64,000 bases of DNA from Nitrospinales bacterium (GTDB lineage: Bacteria; Nitrospinota; Nitrospinia; Nitrospinales; JAJDAT01). Below are positions 36,083-45,007 of this stretch, in pieces. Every line of letters starts with the position of its first letter. Positions within the stretch are counted from its first letter, which is position 1. The stretch lies in assembly GCA_038154245.1 (NCBI GenBank), contig JAYOZP010000001.1:3022-67021 (forward strand), written 5' to 3'. The position numbers and the translations under genes are program-made. Under the pieces are notes generated by a model. The model did not search any database and was not told where the DNA came from. It was given only the letters and a program-made list of their open reading frames with translations.

Positions 36083-36378
36083 GCAAACTCGTCGGCAAAC
36101 GTTCCAACGCCTTGCTCTTGCGAAGCTATAGAAGAGCTAGTTTCACGAGGCTGAGTTTGCGGTGGTTGAGTAAGAACATTTTGACTTTCCAGCGATGGAC
36201 CGTTTAATCTGTTAACTGATGTTGTAACTTGGACATCTTCGGCGGGGTCCGAAACAATCTCAAAATCTTGGGCTGAAATGTTGGCAAGATTAGACAATGC
36301 CGGTTCTGGCGTTCCTGGCAATTCAAATTGCGCGGGACCGAAAGATCTTGAAAAATCAGCGGTCGTCGATTCAGCCAT
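36079..36378 (-). CDS. Hypothetical acidic, S/T/Q/P-rich, probably disordered protein (99 aa)
   Basis: This is the only long ORF in a 390-bp gap of an AT-rich genome. It has no hydrophobic core and a weak SD. It overlaps the convergent stop at 36082 by 4 nt. Confidence 0.35.
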   Translation of the reverse strand: MAESTTADFSRSFGPAQFELPGTPEPALSNLANISAQDFEIVSDPAEDVQVTTSVNRLNGPSLESQNVLTQPPQTQPRETSSSIASQEQGVGTFADEFA

Positions 36379-36474
36379 GATCCATACCGTTTCTTATTAA
36401 GGGATATAGTATCAATTTACTTAACCTCGTCCCAAAATACAAGTATGTTTCGTTAGAGCTTTTTATTCAAATAC

Positions 36475-37950
36475 TTATTCAAGCGATTTTAATTTATCGA
36501 CTACGACTTGCCTCATAATTTCCTTGGGAGCCCCTACCCCAGTCCATTTTTCAAACTGTTCAGCGGCTTGATTAACAAATAATTCCACTCCTGGTATTGT
36601 AATGCAGCCTACTTCTTTGGCGTCCTTTATTAAGCGCGTTTCCAAAGGGTTATAAACGGCATCGAAAACAACCATATGCGGCTTTAACATATGTTTGGGG
36701 TATGGTGTTTTTGAAACGTCTGGCGTCATTCCCACTGGAGAACAATTGATTATGACATCAAATGAATATGCTCCTATTTCTCGGCTAGATATCACGCGAC
36801 AACCTAACTCCGAGGCTAAGGTTTCGCCACGCTCTTTGTTTTGATTATAGGTTACGGTCAAATCTCCACCTTTTTGCACAACTCCATATCCAATAGCCTT
36901 TGCGGTTCCGCCAGAACCAATAATGAGAGCTTTTTTACCTTTCAAGTCACAACGATCTTCAAAAGCCTTCATCGCTCCCGAATAATCAGTATTATAACCA
37001 ACCCAAATATTACGTTCGCGAACGACAGTGTTGGCCGCGCCGATAGAATCGGCGGCTCCATCAGTCATATCCATAAAGCGACGTACTTTTTCCTTATGCG
37101 GCATGGTTACACTTAAGCCTTCAAAGTAAGGTTCAAAAGCCGGGAAAAATTTCCCTATATCATGAACTAGGAATGGCAGATAAATATGCGGGAGGTTCTT
37201 TTTCTTAAACGCCGTATTATGAATTAAATAACCTAAACTTTTAGAAACAGGGTCGCCAACTACTCCAAAAATTTTATAATCAGGTCGTTCCAAATTTACT
37301 CGATAAACATCTCTTAAAACAGAAGCGGGAATTTGTCCAGGCGCGCTTTCTTTTCCGGTATCAAGAGAACCAAAGGTTAAAAAGCCTCCCATTATCGGAG
37401 ATAAAATCCGACTAATCTCCCCCTGATCTCCCATACAAAACGAAATTAATTTTTTTCCAGATTCATGGGCATGGCGCAATAAATTAAAAACGAGGATGTT
37501 ATCCGTAATGTTTTTTGCATAAGTAACAATCTTTATTATTTCTGCGGGAGTTTCGGACATCGTTTCGTAAAATTCGATTAACGATTCTGGAGTCAGAGAA
37601 AAATGATGGTAGGAAATAATTTTTTTGGTCTTACATTTTGTTTCTAAAATAGGTTGTAGAAATTCTCTAGGAGTTCCCGCTTCAATATCAATGTAATCTA
37701 CTTCAGCGTCTATAGCTTGCCTCAAAAATTTCACTCTCTCTTCTTCGCTTCCTTTAAATTGCCCTCCTTCTCGTTTGTTTCTATTTGTAACTATAACGGG
37801 TTTATCTATAGCCTTAAGTAAATCGGAAAGATTAACGTCGTCAATCAAATCTAACCGCAATTCAATAATATCGGCCACTTCTAAGGCTTTTGGAATATCT
37901 TCCAATGCGCGATTCATAGTTGGGCCAATAATGGGAACGCAAATCATCAA
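36475..37950 (-). CDS. aroDE: Bifunctional 3-dehydroquinate dehydratase (type I) / shikimate 5-dehydrogenase
   Basis: N-terminal 'ICVPIIG...ADIIELRLD' (AroD type I). C-terminal 'FGVVGDPVSKSLGYLIHN', 'LSVTMPHK' and 'IIGSGGTAKA' (AroE). Confidence 0.85.
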   Translation of the reverse strand: MMICVPIIGPTMNRALEDIPKALEVADIIELRLDLIDDVNLSDLLKAIDKPVIVTNRNKREGGQFKGSEEERVKFLRQAIDAEVDYIDIEAGTPREFLQPILETKCKTKKIISYHHFSLTPESLIEFYETMSETPAEIIKIVTYAKNITDNILVFNLLRHAHESGKKLISFCMGDQGEISRILSPIMGGFLTFGSLDTGKESAPGQIPASVLRDVYRVNLERPDYKIFGVVGDPVSKSLGYLIHNTAFKKKNLPHIYLPFLVHDIGKFFPAFEPYFEGLSVTMPHKEKVRRFMDMTDGAADSIGAANTVVRERNIWVGYNTDYSGAMKAFEDRCDLKGKKALIIGSGGTAKAIGYGVVQKGGDLTVTYNQNKERGETLASELGCRVISSREIGAYSFDVIINCSPVGMTPDVSKTPYPKHMLKPHMVVFDAVYNPLETRLIKDAKEVGCITIPGVELFVNQAAEQFEKWTGVGAPKEIMRQVVVDKLKSLE

Positions 37951-38024
37951 TTTATCCTTCTAAAAATTAAGGGTATTTATAAAAAGAGGTAAGGAAACTT
38001 CAAAATTAACTTAGAAATAAATTA

Positions 38025-40082
38025 TTATCGAGGACTTGCCGCAATATTTCCGCCATCAATCGTTAAAACGCTTCCGGTAGTTTTTTCAGCCAAAGTCAAA
38101 TGCAAAAATCCTTCGGCCACGTCGCAATCGTATACTTCTTGGGAAAGAAGATTATTTTTAAAATAATCGTCCGGCTGTAAATTTCTAGCCGCTGCGCGTT
38201 CTTTAATAAACTCTTCAGAAAACATTCCGGTGCGCACTCGGTCGGCATTCACGGCGTTTGCTCGAATATTATGCGATCCATAATCTAAAGCATACTGCTT
38301 TGTCAAAGCGACAACAGCGGCTTTAGGAAGCGCGTAAGGTCCAAAGTCTTTTCCCGGATTGAACGCAGCTTTAGAAGCGTTGAAAAGCAACACGCCTCCG
38401 GTCTTTTGCGCCATAAAAATTTTAACGGCTCTAGAGGCCAACGCTTGGTGCGCAAAAAAATTCAATTCAAAGCTATCGCGTAACGCTTTTGGATCTACAT
38501 GGCCAATACTGCCTTGCACTGCATTACCGGCATTCGAGATTAAAATATCTAATCCTCCATATGTTGCCAAGAGGATTGAAAAACTTTCGTCCAAAGCTTT
38601 TTCATCTGTAATATCCAAAGTTTGAATCGTTGCATGGCCTTTGGATAATTTTTTTAATTCTTCCGATGCGGCGGACAACTTTTCGCCATCTCTATCTAAC
38701 AAAAACAAATTCGCTCCATGCTGAGCAAATAAACGCGCTGTTCCCAGGCCAATCCCCGAAGCGGCTCCTGAAATCAAAACAACTTTTCCTTGAAGTTTAG
38801 GCGGTACGCTTTTTCCCAGCTTCGCTTGCTCCAACGACCAATATTCCATGTCGAATAAATCGTCGTCTTTCAATGGATCAAATTTGCCCACGCTAAACGC
38901 TTTACGAACAACTTGAAAGGAGCGCTCATAGACATCCGCAGCAATGCGGGTTTCCTTGACCGTTTTTCCAATCGTTACTAAACCAACGCCTGCAATCAGA
39001 GCAACTCTGGGTAAAGGATCTAATTCAGTTTTATCGACTCCTTTTTTCTCTTTGTTGCTTTTAAAGTAACAATGGTAGCTTTCGATATAATTATCTAAAG
39101 ACTGCGATATTTCTTCACGAAGAGCGTTGTCGTCGTCTAGATTCTTTGGATTTAGTAATAACGGTTTTTGCTTCGTTCGAATCACATGATCGGGAGTAAT
39201 TGTGCCAATTTGCGACCAGGTTGCACACTCCTCGCTATTTGCAAAAGATAGAGCGTCTGGATTTTCCCTATAATGAAGAGTCCAAGAAGCTTTGGTGTGT
39301 TCCTGGTAAAGACCTCTAAGGATAGGACTCACTTTTCCTAAAATCTCAGAAGCCTCTAACTTAGGCAATGTCTGTTGAGGACTATAAGATTTTAACTCAT
39401 GCTTTGACACATACTCTTCAGCCCGAGTCACCGCTTCGATATGATAGTCGTAGCTCTCTTTTGCGGTTTCTCCAAAAGTAAATAAACCGTGATTTATTAG
39501 CACCAATCCCTTTACAGAAGGATTTTTTTCGTAAGCTTCGGCAGCGGCTTTGGCTAATAAAAATCCTGGCATGATATACGGCACAACTCCGAGGAAATCG
39601 CCGTAAATTTCTTTACATAATTCAACGGCATTTGGTTGATTGGCTAAAACCAAAATTTCATCGGCATGCGAATGATCTATAAACTTGTGAGGCAAAAAAG
39701 CGTGTAAAAGAGTCTCGACCGATGGATTTGGAGACTTAGCGTCTAACAGATTTACTCGTTGATCGTTGACCATATCTTCATCGCTCAACGAATCTAACTC
39801 TCTTAATTTCAATATATAGTCCAGCTTTACTCCAGGAAGTCCCGGAGGCTCGATCGTGTCCAAATCCCAGCCGCTTCCTTTAACATATAAAACCTTAGTT
39901 TCCTCTCCCACTCTATTTTTTGTAGTCGATTTAACAGAGGTATTCCCTCCTCCATGAATCACTAAAGCCGGATTAGAACCTATCAAACGAGAGGTGTAGA
40001 CCCTTAAGGCAATATCCTCTGAAACGTCTGAATATTTATCGATAGCCGCTTGGGCTTCTTGATCATTCCATCTATTTTCCAT
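38025..40082 (-). CDS. Bifunctional class II aldolase / short-chain dehydrogenase (rhamnulose-1-phosphate aldolase/SDR type)
   Basis: 'MENRWNDQEAQ...RVYTSRLIG...HGGGNTSVK' N-terminus and a C-terminal SDR ('VVLISGAASGIGLG', 'Y..PKAA'). The ATG at 40082 removes the overlap with the upstream gene. Confidence 0.8.
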   Translation of the reverse strand: MENRWNDQEAQAAIDKYSDVSEDIALRVYTSRLIGSNPALVIHGGGNTSVKSTTKNRVGEETKVLYVKGSGWDLDTIEPPGLPGVKLDYILKLRELDSLSDEDMVNDQRVNLLDAKSPNPSVETLLHAFLPHKFIDHSHADEILVLANQPNAVELCKEIYGDFLGVVPYIMPGFLLAKAAAEAYEKNPSVKGLVLINHGLFTFGETAKESYDYHIEAVTRAEEYVSKHELKSYSPQQTLPKLEASEILGKVSPILRGLYQEHTKASWTLHYRENPDALSFANSEECATWSQIGTITPDHVIRTKQKPLLLNPKNLDDDNALREEISQSLDNYIESYHCYFKSNKEKKGVDKTELDPLPRVALIAGVGLVTIGKTVKETRIAADVYERSFQVVRKAFSVGKFDPLKDDDLFDMEYWSLEQAKLGKSVPPKLQGKVVLISGAASGIGLGTARLFAQHGANLFLLDRDGEKLSAASEELKKLSKGHATIQTLDITDEKALDESFSILLATYGGLDILISNAGNAVQGSIGHVDPKALRDSFELNFFAHQALASRAVKIFMAQKTGGVLLFNASKAAFNPGKDFGPYALPKAAVVALTKQYALDYGSHNIRANAVNADRVRTGMFSEEFIKERAAARNLQPDDYFKNNLLSQEVYDCDVAEGFLHLTLAEKTTGSVLTIDGGNIAASPR

Positions 40083-40143
40083 AACGAAATAAAATACCAA
40101 AACTAGGTTTAAAATTAAAGCGTGAAAACAAAAACTAACCGCT

Positions 40144-41793
40144 TCATCGTAAATCAAAAATTAGAATCGAACCATCCCCAACTACTGCGTCGGGTTTCCT
40201 TTGACGCAAAGGCGCATAGAAACCAGCTGGCCGATTATAAACTCCTTGTAGCAAGGTGGCGCTTACGGCAATCACACCTCTTAATTCCAATGTGGACGCC
40301 CCTGTCCATTTTTCCTGAAGAAAAAATGGTAATGCCTCAAACTTGACGCCATAAGCCTCGGGGTTGGCCGTTCCAAAATAACCCAAACGTATTACCTTGA
40401 TTTTATTGTCTTTTTGCCACCTAGCTAAAGCAGGAAGATCCTGCCCCCAATCTAGATTGGAGTCGACTAAGTGAAACCGTTTTCTTTCAGGAGGAATAAA
40501 TTGATTAAAATAAGAAATGTAATGGGGATGAGCGGCAAATACCTCAACAGCTAACCATCCAATTAATATGAATATACCAACCCTCAATTTAGGTAACTTT
40601 ACCAAAGCTCCCGCGAACAAAAATAAAAAAGGATAAACTGACAATAAATAACGTAAACCAAGATTAACCTTCTTTGTCGCTAATACCAAAATAAAACAAA
40701 TTAAAGCAAATCCAATCCACTTTATCTCTTTTCCAATTGGTTCTTTACTAATGAACCTCCAAACTAAGGCTGCAAGCAAAATAATCAACAAAGGAATTGG
40801 CGTTTTGTATACAAAGGCTTTAAAGAAAAAAACCAACCATCCTGCATCGGATATTCCTCCGTCTAAATAATAAACTCTCCCAGACTTAACGGAATTCAAT
40901 CCTAGCCTCAACCCTTCAAAATAATCCGGCATGGGAGCCAGTATTCCTGTTTCTCCAATACTACCTACGGAAAAACCATATAACCCCCAAACAATGAAGA
41001 AAGCTATGAAGGTAACTATCAACCAGGCAATAACCGCGTAAAAAACACCCCTAGCCTTATCTAACCGGTCTAAGACCATACCTGGCAAAAAATACAACGC
41101 TGGTCTAAACTTAATTCCTCCTAGAATCTGGGCTAAAATTAAAATCGCTAATGTAATTGGAATTAATAATAACGCAAGATGTTTAGAACCTATGGCGGCT
41201 CCCAAACATAGCCCAGCGATAATAGCCCTCTTAATTGATGGAGATCTTAAAAAGTTCCAAAACGCAAAATAATAAATAAATAAAAAAAACGTTAATCCCA
41301 AATCAGTAGTGACCAAACGGCTATGAGCTAAAATAGCTGGAGAAAAGCAATACAAGGCTAATGATAAAAGTCCTCCTTCATATCCATATAGCTCCCGCGA
41401 CCACCAAAAAACCATTATCCCCAGCAATACAGATAGGAAAACCGTAACAAACCGAGCTTGTATTATCATCGTTTTGCCATCGTTAGACCCAGACCATAAA
41501 ACTCTTCGCGAATAATGGAAAAAAGGATGCATTTCTGCATTTGCCGAAGGCAATGTAGGATTATTAATTAGGCTTACCGGCAATCCTTGCAAAAAATTAA
41601 CTAATGGAGGATGTTCTTTATTAAGAGTGAATTCTTTTTTCGATATCGGATACAAACCGCGTATTAAATGGTTGGTTTCATCAAATGTCGCCGATTTTTG
41701 AATCAAACTGGATATGGCCAATGAAACAAAAATTGTAAGTAACACAAAGACGGGTAAAAATTGATTTTTTTTAATGGCGGTTAAAAATTCCAC
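40144..41793 (-). CDS. ArnT/PMT-like (GT39/GT83-type) GT-C membrane glycosyltransferase
   Basis: 'SATFDETNHLIRGLY' acidic first-loop motif and about 12 TM helices in an ArnT-like layout. Confidence 0.65.
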   Translation of the reverse strand: MEFLTAIKKNQFLPVFVLLTIFVSLAISSLIQKSATFDETNHLIRGLYPISKKEFTLNKEHPPLVNFLQGLPVSLINNPTLPSANAEMHPFFHYSRRVLWSGSNDGKTMIIQARFVTVFLSVLLGIMVFWWSRELYGYEGGLLSLALYCFSPAILAHSRLVTTDLGLTFFLFIYYFAFWNFLRSPSIKRAIIAGLCLGAAIGSKHLALLLIPITLAILILAQILGGIKFRPALYFLPGMVLDRLDKARGVFYAVIAWLIVTFIAFFIVWGLYGFSVGSIGETGILAPMPDYFEGLRLGLNSVKSGRVYYLDGGISDAGWLVFFFKAFVYKTPIPLLIILLAALVWRFISKEPIGKEIKWIGFALICFILVLATKKVNLGLRYLLSVYPFLFLFAGALVKLPKLRVGIFILIGWLAVEVFAAHPHYISYFNQFIPPERKRFHLVDSNLDWGQDLPALARWQKDNKIKVIRLGYFGTANPEAYGVKFEALPFFLQEKWTGASTLELRGVIAVSATLLQGVYNRPAGFYAPLRQRKPDAVVGDGSILIFDLR

Positions 41794-41920
41794 AGAAGAA
41801 TCAATCGACTAAAATTTTGGAAGCAGAAGGGAAATATTTATTACTATCTTTACTAAATATTACTTCATCAAGTTTATTTATAAAAGTGTCATAACTTCTC
41901 TTTGGAAACAATGTATCTAG

Positions 41921-42733
41921 TTAAGACGGCAAAACAAAATCATATTCTCCAACTAAACCGTCTTTAAACTCTTCAGAAGAATTTTCTTTATATTCAACGA
42001 TAAGGCTTTCCTGTTCCTTTTTGGATAACCTATCGTCTCTGAGAATGAAATCTTGGTCATTAAATTTTTTTATCATTGCAGCATCGTTTATGGCATCTCC
42101 TTTAAAATAGAGCTGAGTAATCAATTGTCTTTTTCCGGGAACCATAACTAAAAAATGTAGATGCGGCGGTCTGAAAACCCTCCCCCTTGAATCGATTGGA
42201 TAATAACCGGGAACAATCGTTTTAAACCAATATTTTCCATTCTCATCTGCAATATTTCTTCCCCAATACTGAAAATTCTCGTCGTGAGTTCTTTCCACAC
42301 GTTGGTGAGTCTTAGGGTGAATAAAACTGGAATTTTCAGTATCTCCTCTATGATTGTATCTACCGGAAGCGGAAGCGTTCCACATAATAACAACGGCTCC
42401 TGGGGCGCCAACACATCCTTGTTTTTCTTGCGTTAGAACGCGCCCTTTTATATAAACAATTTGCCCTTTAGCTTTACCTGAATTACCTTTAATAAAGGTA
42501 AGATCGTTATCATTTGCGTCCCAAATAGGGAGTCGGGGGTCTAAGCTTTCTCGAATGGTATGAACTTCGTCTCCCTCGTCGGGAAAAAAGGGACCAATCG
42601 TTTGACGCGGAGTATCTTGAAGATCGCAAACTTTTGCTAAAGCAGTGGAAGCGACCATTGGAACCATCATCGCTCCCAAAGAACCTAAACCAAATTTCAA
42701 AAAACCCCTTCGAGAAAAATCTTTCGATTTCAT
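41921..42733 (-). CDS. Tat-exported intradiol ring-cleavage dioxygenase-family protein
   Basis: Twin-arginine leader 'SRRGFLKFGLGSLGA'. 'GYYPIDSRGRVFRPPHLHFLV' matches the dioxygenase C-terminal block. Confidence 0.65.
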   Translation of the reverse strand: MKSKDFSRRGFLKFGLGSLGAMMVPMVASTALAKVCDLQDTPRQTIGPFFPDEGDEVHTIRESLDPRLPIWDANDNDLTFIKGNSGKAKGQIVYIKGRVLTQEKQGCVGAPGAVVIMWNASASGRYNHRGDTENSSFIHPKTHQRVERTHDENFQYWGRNIADENGKYWFKTIVPGYYPIDSRGRVFRPPHLHFLVMVPGKRQLITQLYFKGDAINDAAMIKKFNDQDFILRDDRLSKKEQESLIVEYKENSSEEFKDGLVGEYDFVLPS

Positions 42734-42787
42734 TTTTAAAACCTCTTTAAATAATTTTCTGTTTGTCTTATAACTTATTATAACTTT

Positions 42788-42892
42788 AAGAGAGCCTCTA
42801 ATAATTCGTATTTTTATGGGTTTGCAATCGTCCAGCCCTTTAAATTAAGAGCTGAAATCATTGCAAATCTTAATTTTTGGAGATCCCCTAAA
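42788..42892. repeat. Palindromic intergenic repeat, diverged subfamily A copy
   Basis: 'aagagagcctctaataatt' ... 'ttgcaatcg...cattgcaa' hairpin ... 'tttttggagatcccc'. Confidence 0.7.
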
Positions 42893-42924
42893 ATTATCTT
42901 CCTAATTTGATGAGAAAAACGTAA

Positions 42925-43947
42925 ATGATAGCAATAGGTTATACAGGTGGAAAACCACTTAACGATCCCCAAGCTTTTGTTCAGTTTGAGCAAGAAACTG
43001 CCGAACCAAAAGATAGAGAGTTATTAATCGACGTTAGAGCAATTTCCATCAACCCAGTGGATACAAAGGTTCGAAATAATACTTCAGAACCTCAAAACCC
43101 TCCTCTTATTCTAGGGTGGGACGCCGCTGGTAAAGTAATATCAGTCGGCCCTGAAGCGCAATTATTTAAACCTGGCGATAAAGTATTTTACGCCGGATCT
43201 ATCGACCGCTCAGGTAGTAACAGCCAATTTCAAATTGTAGACGAGAGAATCGTCGGAAATATGCCTAAAACACTTAGTTTTGAAGAGGCTGCAGCTTTAC
43301 CTTTAACTTCCATCACCGCCTGGGAGGCCCTTTTTGATCGGCTCCGAATCCCAAAAAATAAATCGGGTAAAAGTATTTTGATAATAGGAGGCGCTGGAGG
43401 AGTTGGTTCTATTGCAATTCAACTAGCTAACAAAGTAGCAGGATTAAAAGTCATTGCCACTGCATCAAGACCTGAAACCAAAAAATGGTGCCATGATTTA
43501 GGAGCCCATCACGTCGTCAGCCATCACGAGAATATTCCAAATCAATTAAAAGCGATTGGCTTTGAAACAACAGATTACGCTTTAATTTTCAATGATACTG
43601 ACAAAAACTATCCCTCTGCGGCAGAAGTTATTGCTCCACAAGGAAAAATTTGCTCCATTGTAGAGAACCAATCCTCGTTAGATATGGGAATTCTTAAATC
43701 CAAAAGCGCTTCTTTTCATTGGGAATTTATGTTCACTCGACCGCTATATAAAACCGCCGATATGATCGAACAACATCATTTACTCAATGAAATTTCTCGG
43801 TTAATTGACACAAAAGCCATCCAAACCACAGTTAACCAAATCATGAGCCCAATTAATGTTGAAAACATACGTGAAGCGCATAATACTTTGGAAAAAGGCC
43901 GTACAATCGGCAAAATTGTTCTAAAAGAATGGCAGCCTCCAAGCTAA
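42925..43947 (+). CDS. Zinc-type alcohol dehydrogenase/quinone oxidoreductase family (MDR) protein
   Basis: 'LGWDAAGKV', 'GDKVFYAG' and 'ILIIGGAGGVGSIAIQLA' NAD(P)-binding glycine motif. Confidence 0.75.
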   Translation: MIAIGYTGGKPLNDPQAFVQFEQETAEPKDRELLIDVRAISINPVDTKVRNNTSEPQNPPLILGWDAAGKVISVGPEAQLFKPGDKVFYAGSIDRSGSNSQFQIVDERIVGNMPKTLSFEEAAALPLTSITAWEALFDRLRIPKNKSGKSILIIGGAGGVGSIAIQLANKVAGLKVIATASRPETKKWCHDLGAHHVVSHHENIPNQLKAIGFETTDYALIFNDTDKNYPSAAEVIAPQGKICSIVENQSSLDMGILKSKSASFHWEFMFTRPLYKTADMIEQHHLLNEISRLIDTKAIQTTVNQIMSPINVENIREAHNTLEKGRTIGKIVLKEWQPPS

Positions 43948-44035
43948 ACATTTTAAATTCAACGTATTACCCAAAAGTCAATTTTCTGCTTTTTTGTTGA
44001 GTGATAAACGCAGGTTAATATGCTATTCTTCACCC

Positions 44036-44284
44036 ATGCTGGCTAAGATTCACGTGACATTAAAAGACGGCGTTTTGGACACACAGGGGAAAGCCGTGCA
44101 CCACGCCCTTAACGATTTGGGCTATCAAGAGGTCAAAGGAGTGAATTTAGGGAAATACGTCGAAGTTCAATTAGATGGATTATCCCCGGCTGAAGCAGAA
44201 GAACGCGTTCGCGAAATGTGCCAAAATTTACTGGCAAATCCCGTCATCGAATCCTATCGATTTACCCTGGATTCCCAGGAATAA
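44036..44284 (+). CDS. purS: Phosphoribosylformylglycinamidine synthase subunit PurS
   Basis: 'KIHVTLKDGVLDTQGKAV...LANPVIESY'. ATG at 44036 preferred over the TTG at 43994. Confidence 0.85.
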   Translation: MLAKIHVTLKDGVLDTQGKAVHHALNDLGYQEVKGVNLGKYVEVQLDGLSPAEAEERVREMCQNLLANPVIESYRFTLDSQE

Positions 44285-44311
44285 TTCTTAAACTTTACGG
44301 ACCCAACGGAC

Positions 44312-44998
44312 ATGAAATGCGGTATCGTTGTTTTTCCCGGATCTAATTGCGATAGGGACTCTTTCCATATCCTAAAAGAAATATTAGGACTGGAAACCGA
44401 ATGGATTTGGCACAAAGAAAACTCTCTTAAAAAATTTGACTTAGTGGTTCTACCAGGAGGTTTCTCCTATGGAGATTATTTAAGGCCTGGAGCTATCTCG
44501 AAGTTTTCACCCATCATGAAATCCATAATAAAGTACGCTGAAAATGGCGGAAAATTACTTGGAATTTGTAATGGATTTCAAATCCTTGTGGAATGTGGAC
44601 TATTGCCAGGGGTTCTAATGCGTAATATTTCACACGCTTTTATTTGCGATACGGTACCCGTTCGATTAGAAAACGACCAAACTCCCTTTACGTCGAGCAG
44701 TTCCAAGGGTACGGTGTTAAAATTACCCATCGCTCACGCCGACGGGCGTTATTTCGCTGACGAAGATACAATTAAAGAACTAAACGATAACGATCAAATC
44801 GTTTTGCGTTATTGCGATTCATCTGGGACAGTTTCCGACGAAAATAATCCTAACGGCTCTGTGACTAACATTGCGGGAATTGTTAATAAAGCTAAAACAG
44901 TCTGCGGAATGATGCCTCATCCCGAAAGACAAGCGGACCCTCTGTGGCCAAATATAGACGGACAAGTTATTTTTAAGTCCCTCATTCAATCAACTTAA
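44312..44998 (+). CDS. purQ: Phosphoribosylformylglycinamidine synthase glutaminase subunit PurQ
   Basis: 'GIVVFPGSNCDRD', 'GICNGFQIL' and 'MPHPER'. Confidence 0.9.
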   Translation: MKCGIVVFPGSNCDRDSFHILKEILGLETEWIWHKENSLKKFDLVVLPGGFSYGDYLRPGAISKFSPIMKSIIKYAENGGKLLGICNGFQILVECGLLPGVLMRNISHAFICDTVPVRLENDQTPFTSSSSKGTVLKLPIAHADGRYFADEDTIKELNDNDQIVLRYCDSSGTVSDENNPNGSVTNIAGIVNKAKTVCGMMPHPERQADPLWPNIDGQVIFKSLIQST

Positions 44999-45007
44999 AT
45001 AGCTATT

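Noticed and set aside
43948-44035. Possible purine or ZTP riboswitch upstream of purS
   Set aside because: The leader is only 88 nt, and neither the purine-riboswitch junction motifs nor the ZTP 'CCGGGCGGA / CCGCCTGGGCA'-type elements are present.
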